Shown: in pieces, positions 58,281 through 64,000 of the stretch
Layout of the letters: each line of letters begins with the position of its first letter
Numbering within the stretch: the first letter of the stretch is position 1
Origin: an uncultured Holophaga sp.
GTDB lineage: Bacteria; Acidobacteriota; Holophagae; Holophagales; Holophagaceae
Direction: 5' to 3'
Assembly (NCBI GenBank): GCA_963664825.1
Contig: OY761614.1
Span: 1,280,001-1,344,000, forward strand
Length of the DNA stretch: 64,000 bases
The notes under the pieces: generated by a model
Databases searched by the model: none
Seen by the model: only the letters and a program-made list of their open reading frames with translations
Told to the model about the DNA's origin: nothing
Program-made: the position numbers and the translations under genes

Positions 58281-58316
58281 GGACCCAGCTTAGCAAAAAC
58301 GCTGCTTCATCCGAGC

Positions 58317-58333
58317 TTGGCACTGCCTTCGCT
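58317..58333 (+). promoter_or_regulatory. sigma54 -24/-12 promoter of the first pilin
   Basis: TTGGCACTGCCTTCGCT, GG-N10-GC, about 35 bp before the ATG. Confidence 0.65.
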
Positions 58334-58367
58334 TTTACGTACAGTTGGACCAGCATCGGGAGGGCAT

Positions 58368-58790
58368 ATGCGTCATCGCAGCAAGGCTCAAGGGTTCAGC
58401 CTCATCGAACTCCTGCTGGTCCTGGCCATCATCGGCATTATCTCTGGCATCGCCATCCCGGCCTTCCTGGGTCAGCGCCGCCGGGCCCGGGTCATCGGGG
58501 ATGCCATGGCCAACGCCAAGGTAGTCAGCATGCAACTGGAAGCCCGCAAGGCCGATAACGGTGTCTACGGAACTGCCGGGTCGACCTTCACCTGGATCGC
58601 CGGTTCCGCATCCGATCCCACGTTCCTGCCGGGATTCTCCCCAAGCGGCAATAGCAAGATGAACTACAGCCTCGACATCGGCACCAGCGGGCTTGCCTAC
58701 ACCCTGACCGTTGTCGATCCCAGCCTGCCAGGAAGCCCCACGGCCTACCAGACCGATCAGACCGGGGCCGAACTGGCGCGATTACACTAG
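58368..58790 (+). CDS. Type IV pilin (PilE-like or second pilin)
   Basis: Prepilin site QG|FSLIELLLVLAIIGIISGIAIP with Glu5. Confidence 0.92.
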   Translation: MRHRSKAQGFSLIELLLVLAIIGIISGIAIPAFLGQRRRARVIGDAMANAKVVSMQLEARKADNGVYGTAGSTFTWIAGSASDPTFLPGFSPSGNSKMNYSLDIGTSGLAYTLTVVDPSLPGSPTAYQTDQTGAELARLH

Positions 58791-58992
58791 CCGCTTATCT
58801 ATGGTGCAGACACTCAGCGTGCTATATAATTTTACAACCAACGACGCTCCTCGACACGTGCCTGCCCCAATGCGTCACTTTTGGCACCCAGGGAAACCGG
58901 TCTTGCGAATCAGGCTTCCATTGACGTGTATCTTTCCCCACAAGATATTGGTTCCCTGCGTTAACATCCCCCCCTTCACTCTTCACCGAACC

Positions 58993-59009
58993 TTGGCCTG
59001 TTTCCTGCA
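58993..59009 (+). promoter_or_regulatory. sigma54 -24/-12 promoter of pilA
   Basis: TTGGCCTGTTTCCTGCA, GG-N10-GC, about 40 bp before the ATG. Confidence 0.65.
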
Positions 59010-59047
59010 TTCAGAGCCAATGTTCCATTTCCCCAAAGGAGAACCAC

Positions 59048-59500
59048 ATGAAGAAGCAGTCAGGCTTCACCCTCATCGAGCTGCTGCTGGTGCTCGCCAT
59101 CATCGGCATCATCTCCGCCATCGCCATCCCGGCCCTCCTGGGCCAGCGTGAGCGCGCCAAGGCCAAGGCCACCCAGGGCAACGCCGACGCCATCGCCGGT
59201 GAGCTCGCCCGCATTAACGACACAGCCAAGGAAGCAGGGACGACGCTAAATGCCACTGAGGTGGTTACCTCGGCGCTCCTGCTCTCGAATTACAACACTC
59301 CGAATACAATGAATCCCTACAATGGTGGCAGCGCGCCCTTTGTTTCCGCTGCTACGGCTGGTACCGGCCAAGTAGCTCTCGAAGGCACGGGGTATGTGGA
59401 TCCTACCACCAATCAGTCTTACTCTGCCGTCATTGTCCGAGCCCTTTACCTTCAGGGTGGTGTATCAAAGACCACCACTAAGGTCATCGCACTCGACTAA
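59048..59500 (+). CDS. pilA: Type IVa pilin, probable major pilin
   Basis: Short leader MKKQSG|FTLIELL; strong RBS AAGGAG; own sigma54 promoter and terminator. Confidence 0.88.
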   Translation: MKKQSGFTLIELLLVLAIIGIISAIAIPALLGQRERAKAKATQGNADAIAGELARINDTAKEAGTTLNATEVVTSALLLSNYNTPNTMNPYNGGSAPFVSAATAGTGQVALEGTGYVDPTTNQSYSAVIVRALYLQGGVSKTTTKVIALD

Positions 59501-59518
59501 GTTTTGGGGTATCCCATC

Positions 59519-59550
59519 AAGCACCCCCGGAGCCCTGGGGGTGCTTTTTT
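59519..59550 (+). terminator. Rho-independent terminator
   Basis: AAGCACCCCC...GGGGGTGCTTTTTT. Confidence 0.88.
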
Positions 59551-59654
59551 GTCGATACGGGTGGGGTGCTCACGCATCCTGCCCACTCCATGCGTCGATA
59601 GGTGATCTCACAGAAACCCGCTAACCTTTCCATGGATTCTGCTGTAGGAACGAT

Positions 59655-61970
59655 ATGCCATTTACAAAACTCCTGGGGCTAGGCAATGGGGGCCCTTCCG
59701 GTCAAACATCACTCTTCCGCAAGGATCGGGTATGGCCGCCCTGGACCCTGGGTCTTCTGCTGGCTGTGGCGGTCATTCTGGCCTACTCCAATAGCCTCAA
59801 TAGCCCCTTCACCTATGATGATTACTCGGATGTGTTGGAACAGGTGACAATTCGCCACCTTTGGCCCTTGAGAGATGTCTTCTACCTCCCTGGCAAGGGC
59901 TTCATGAACCGCCCTCTCGTCAACCTCAGTTTCGCCCTTGATTATGCGCTGGGCGGGCTCCGTCCCTTTGCCTTCCATCTCACCAACCTCGCCATCCATA
60001 TCTGCGCCTCCCTGGCCCTCTTGGGCGTCATCCGGCGCAGCCTTTCTCTGCCGGTCTTCGGGGAGCGTTTCAAGGCCCACATTTCGGCGCTGGCCTTGGT
60101 GCCAACAGCCTTTTGGGCTTTGCACCCGCTTGCGACAGAATCTGTGTCCTACATCACCCAGCGCTACGAATCCATGATGGCGCTCTTCGTGCTGTGCACC
60201 TTTTATACGGTGCTCCGAAGCGTGACATCGCCCCGACCTCGCCTATGGCAGGCCTGGGCGGTTCTGAGTTGTCTGCTGGCTTTGGGCAGCAAGGAGGTGG
60301 CGGTTTCCTTGCCTGTGCTGGTGCTACTCTTCGACCGCTTCTTCCTTGCCGGATCCTTCCGGGAGATATGGAGGAAACGGAAACTGCTTTATATCGGAAT
60401 GCTCCTGAGCTGGGGCATCTTCGCCTATATCCAACTGCATGCTGTGCCACGAACCTTCGCGGCCTCTGGGTTCACAATTCCCTGGTGGCGCTATGCCCTC
60501 AACCAACCCAAGGTGATCCTCCACTACCTGCGTCTGGCTGTATGGCCCCATCCCCTGGTCTTCGACTACTTCTGGCGGCCGGAGACGGCTTGGAAACCCT
60601 TGGTGCCGGGGATGCTGATGCTGGCAGTGCTCCTGGGCTTGACCCTTTGGGCCTTGATCCGAAGCCCCCGGTTGGCCTTCCTTTCCATCTTTTTCATGGC
60701 CATCCTCGCCCCCACGTCCAGCGTCATGCCCATCCTTGATCTGGCGGTGGAGCACCGCATGCACTTGCCCCTGGTGGCCGTGATCCTTGCAGTGGTCCTC
60801 GGCCTGTTCGCTCTCCTGATGCGCCTAAAGGCGCGGATCCCGAAGGCTTCCACACTTGCGCGCCACCTGCTCCTGCCTGGGCTGGCCTGCATCCTGGCTT
60901 GTCTAGGGATCCTGACCTTCCTCCGCAACGAGGACTATCGGGATCCCCTTGATCTCTGGCGCAGCGTGACCCTCGCGGCTCCCAACAACCCTCGAGGTTA
61001 CAATAATTATGCATACCAGTTGGCGGAGCGGGGACGCCAGGTGGAGGCGGCTCAGGCCTACGACAAAGCCGTGGCTTTGGCTCCCAACATGGGGCTCTTC
61101 CAGTCGAACTATGGCCTCACTCTTGCCAAGCTTGGGCGCTACCAGGAAGGTCTGGAGCACATGCGCATCGCCGTGAAGTCGGAACCATCCAATTCCAAAT
61201 ACATCAATAACCTTGGATTCGTATTATTAATGAAAGGGTCTTTGGATAATGCCGCTACCTGCTTTAAAACGGCACAGCAGGTCAACCCTCAAGATGAGGT
61301 GTCCCTAGCAGGCTTGGCATCGGTTCTCTATGTGCAAGGGGATTTGGCCAAAGCCCTGGAGTATATTCAGAAAGCCATCAGAATCAATCCTTACGTTCCA
61401 AATCTACGAGAGCATCAGGCTCAGATCCTCATAAAAATGGGAAACACGGAGGATGCCCGCAAGGCCTTCCAGGCCACTATCCGACTCCAGTCCAGCGCAG
61501 AAAAGATCTCAGATATTGGATGGTCCATGCATGCCCACGGTTTGGAGCCCGACGCCTTGGCAGCTTTGCGGCAAGCCCTGGCGATGGTGCCGACCCACAT
61601 TAAGACCCAGATCCGTCTCGCTTGGTTGCAAGCCGCCAGTTCCGATCCTTCCGTCCGCAACGGTACTGAGGCGGTGCGTCTGGCCAAAGCGGTGCTTCAC
61701 ACCCAGCGCCCCATCCGATCTCCAGAAACCTTAGATCTGCTTGCAGTGGCCCAGGCAGAGGCTGGGCGCTTCCCGGAGGCCCAAGCTTCCCTCCGAGAGG
61801 CGCTAGCCAACTCCAAGGACCGGAAGGAGCCCTGGATTCCGAGTTTGGAGGGGCATTTGGCCCTTTTTGAGAAGAACCAGCCGTACCATGAGAATCGTCT
61901 ACCCAAGTCGGCTCACGTTGACCAGCCGGGCGGTTCCGTAATGGTTGCATCCACAAAGAGGAACCCATGA
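59655..61970 (+). CDS. TMTC-like GT-C membrane glycosyltransferase with C-terminal TPR repeats
   Basis: YSNSLNSPFTYDD, RPL, FHLTNLAIH, HPLATESVSYITQR, SKE, EHRMHLP; polytopic N-terminal half, then TPRs (PNNPRGYNNYA, YINNLG). Confidence 0.8.
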   Translation: MPFTKLLGLGNGGPSGQTSLFRKDRVWPPWTLGLLLAVAVILAYSNSLNSPFTYDDYSDVLEQVTIRHLWPLRDVFYLPGKGFMNRPLVNLSFALDYALGGLRPFAFHLTNLAIHICASLALLGVIRRSLSLPVFGERFKAHISALALVPTAFWALHPLATESVSYITQRYESMMALFVLCTFYTVLRSVTSPRPRLWQAWAVLSCLLALGSKEVAVSLPVLVLLFDRFFLAGSFREIWRKRKLLYIGMLLSWGIFAYIQLHAVPRTFAASGFTIPWWRYALNQPKVILHYLRLAVWPHPLVFDYFWRPETAWKPLVPGMLMLAVLLGLTLWALIRSPRLAFLSIFFMAILAPTSSVMPILDLAVEHRMHLPLVAVILAVVLGLFALLMRLKARIPKASTLARHLLLPGLACILACLGILTFLRNEDYRDPLDLWRSVTLAAPNNPRGYNNYAYQLAERGRQVEAAQAYDKAVALAPNMGLFQSNYGLTLAKLGRYQEGLEHMRIAVKSEPSNSKYINNLGFVLLMKGSLDNAATCFKTAQQVNPQDEVSLAGLASVLYVQGDLAKALEYIQKAIRINPYVPNLREHQAQILIKMGNTEDARKAFQATIRLQSSAEKISDIGWSMHAHGLEPDALAALRQALAMVPTHIKTQIRLAWLQAASSDPSVRNGTEAVRLAKAVLHTQRPIRSPETLDLLAVAQAEAGRFPEAQASLREALANSKDRKEPWIPSLEGHLALFEKNQPYHENRLPKSAHVDQPGGSVMVASTKRNP

Positions 61971-62932
61971 CCTTGGAGGCCGAGACACCTGAGGGGAAGC
62001 CCCTCATCAGCATTGTCGCTCCCTGTTTTAACGAGGAGGGGAATGTCGAACTCCTCCATGAACGGATCGATGCTGCCATGGCTGGGCTTCCGGGTTATCG
62101 CTACGAGTTGATCTTCATCGATAACAAGTCCCAGGATCGGACGGTCGAAAAGATCAAGGTCATGGCCGCCAAGGACAAACGCGTCAAGCTCATCGTCAAC
62201 GCCCGGAACTTCGGCCATATCCGTTCGCCCCATCATGCCCTCCTCCAGGCCAAGGGCGATGCCGTGGTCATCATCGCTTCGGATCTCCAGGACCCCCCTG
62301 AACTCCTTCCGAAATTTGTCCAGAAGTGGGCGGAGGGCTTCAAAATCGTGGTTGGAGTCAAGACCTCCAGCCAGGAATCCCGCCTCATGTGGCTGGTGCG
62401 CCGAGCCTATTACCGACTTCTTTACCGCATCGCAGATATCCAGGTGGTGGAAAATTTCACGGGCTTCGGGCTCTATGACCGACAGGTGGTGGAGATCACC
62501 CGCCAGTTCGAAGATCCCTATCCATATTTCCGCGGGATCATTTCAGAGATCGGATTCGACCGGGCGGAAATACCTTTTGAGAAGCCCCAGCGCCATCAAG
62601 GCATCACCAAGAACAATTTCTATACCTTGTACGATATCGCCATGCTGGGAATCACCAGCTACTCCAAGCTCCCTATCCGGCTGGCCACCATGGCGGGATT
62701 CGCCTTGGCTTTTTGCAGCCTATTGGTGTCCATTGCCTACTTGGCTCTGAAACTGGTTTTCTGGAACCGCTTCAGCTTCGGTATGGCGCCCGTGCTTATT
62801 GGCCTCTTCTTCTTCTCCTCGGTGCAGCTCTTTTTCATCGGACTCCTCGGCGAGTATGTGGCTGCCATTCATACCCAAGTGATGAAGCGCCCCCATGTCG
62901 TGGAACAGGAGCGGATCAATTTTGATGACTGA
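61967..62932 (+). CDS. GT2 polyprenyl-phosphate glycosyltransferase (GtrB/ArnC-like)
   Basis: ISIVAPCFNEE, DNKSQDRT, RNFGH, SDLQDPP, TGFGL; two C-terminal transmembrane helices; IGLLGEYV. Confidence 0.92.
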   Translation: MTLEAETPEGKPLISIVAPCFNEEGNVELLHERIDAAMAGLPGYRYELIFIDNKSQDRTVEKIKVMAAKDKRVKLIVNARNFGHIRSPHHALLQAKGDAVVIIASDLQDPPELLPKFVQKWAEGFKIVVGVKTSSQESRLMWLVRRAYYRLLYRIADIQVVENFTGFGLYDRQVVEITRQFEDPYPYFRGIISEIGFDRAEIPFEKPQRHQGITKNNFYTLYDIAMLGITSYSKLPIRLATMAGFALAFCSLLVSIAYLALKLVFWNRFSFGMAPVLIGLFFFSSVQLFFIGLLGEYVAAIHTQVMKRPHVVEQERINFDD

Positions 62933-63350
62933 ATCGAAAGGCCTCATTGAATGGTGCCGTCTGCAATGGGATGGCAGCGAGAAGGCCCGATTCCTGGTGG
63001 TAGGGGTCTACAACACGCTTTTTGGGTATGTCGTTTTCGCGGGGCTCTACCTGCTTCTCGGGCACCGAGTCCACTACTTGGTGGTCATGGTGATAGCCCA
63101 CATACTGGCGGTATGCAATGCATTCGTCGGCCACCGCATTCTAACCTTCCGCGTCAAGGACCATCTTCTCAGGGACTTCCTTCGTTTCAACCTCAGTTAT
63201 ACAGGGGTGTTGGTCTTCGGCATCTTTGCCCTTCCCGCCATGGTGGAAGGGCTTCACGCCCATCCCCTCTCGGCGCAGGCGGTCGTGATCGCCCTTACCA
63301 CTCTGGGTAGTTACATCCTGCACAAACGGATTTCCTTCCACCGCAGCTAA
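62925..63350 (+). CDS. GtrA-family flippase
   Basis: RFLVVGVYNT, NAFVGHRILTF, YILHKRISF; four transmembrane helices; overlaps the GT2 stop. Confidence 0.88.
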   Translation: MTESKGLIEWCRLQWDGSEKARFLVVGVYNTLFGYVVFAGLYLLLGHRVHYLVVMVIAHILAVCNAFVGHRILTFRVKDHLLRDFLRFNLSYTGVLVFGIFALPAMVEGLHAHPLSAQAVVIALTTLGSYILHKRISFHRS

Positions 63351-63370
63351 GGGCTTATTGTGGCCTTTCC

Positions 63371-63490
63371 CTACTTCTTCAGATCTTCCTTTAAGTTCCT
63401 CGCTCCCTGATGCCCGGAATCGATCTTGAGGGCTTTGTCGGCGGCCTGGCGGGCTTCATCCTTCTGCCCCAAGTCCTTGGGGATCTGCCC
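63371..63490 (-). pseudogene. Remnant TPR-like C-terminal gene fragment
   Basis: KDLGQKDEARQAADKALKIDSGHQGARNLKEDLKK* with no credible 5' part. Confidence 0.4.
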
Positions 63491-63685
63491 CTTCCGCCAC
63501 CAGGTGCCCAATAGCCCATTGCAGATGGTCTCCACCACTCTCGCGTAGGTCTTCACAGGACCCAATAGGCGTTGGCCAAACGGCGCTTCTGGTCCAAGCC
63601 CCCACAGCCAAAACCAAGCACGGGGGAATGCACGTGCTTCGCGAGGCGATAACACCATCGTGTCGCCTCGCCGAAAATCAGTCTT

Positions 63686-64000
63686 TCAGCCCTTCAAAAG
63701 CACGGCACGCCCCGTCTTGGCGAAACGGGTATCGAAGGTCAGCAGCCTGGAACAGCCCCGATGGCGGGCCACAAGGGCAATGAGGTTGTCGGAAAGCCCG
63801 GTCCCAGGGGTGGCCAGCTCCAGGGCCTCGCGCACCAGGGGCGCGGCTTCCACTTCGATCCCTGCGGTGTTGAGCAAGCGGCCCAGGGCTTCATGTACGC
63901 GGGTGGCATCCCACCCAGGAGCCCCCTTCAGCACCCATCCCAGTTCAACGAATACGAGGATGGGCAGGAAGAGGCCCGGCCCGCTGGAGGCTTCCATGAT
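63686..64000 (-). CDS. PIN-domain (VapC-like) toxin, partial; its 5' end lies beyond the window
   Basis: ILVFVELGWVL, LSDNLIA, GCSRLLTFD. Confidence 0.85.
   Translation of the reverse strand: MMEASSGPGLFLPILVFVELGWVLKGAPGWDATRVHEALGRLLNTAGIEVEAAPLVREALELATPGTGLSDNLIALVARHRGCSRLLTFDTRFAKTGRAVLLKG

Noticed and set aside
59048..59500. PilA as an electrically conductive e-pilin
   Set aside because: Full-length pilin with only 7 aromatic residues in 144 mature aa, and none in the N-terminal helix after Phe1

Overview
GC-rich bacterial chromosome segment. Gene content and style suggest Holophagaceae (Geothrix/Holophaga-like Acidobacteriota); this is an inference, not a test. Housekeeping genes (porin, rsmI, cydAB, mscS, pruA, ftcD, thiG, pgpA, rimO, asnS) alternate with accessory blocks: a less GC-rich island (M4 peptidase, lipoprotein, two-component pair), a MarR-MFP-RND/TolC efflux operon, a cyclase-PilZ-che operon, six toxin-antitoxin/Fic-type modules, and a type IV pilin locus followed by glycosylation genes. 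I recognised no rRNA, tRNA, CRISPR array, transposase or integrase. Best leads: (1) an ElsL-like YkuD domain fused to a MurC/Mpl-like ligase, a candidate one-protein peptidoglycan-recycling enzyme; (2) a canonical C2H2 zinc finger inserted in FtcD; (3) pilins + TMTC-like GT-C + GtrB + GtrA, a candidate pilin O-glycosylation system; (4) a ~170-bp structured element between two copies of the rimO 3' end; (5) an RND-TolC single-polypeptide fusion; (6) a CheW-CheZ fusion; (7) a dockerin-like protease next to a cohesin-like lipoprotein. All family calls come from reading motifs by eye, without database searches.
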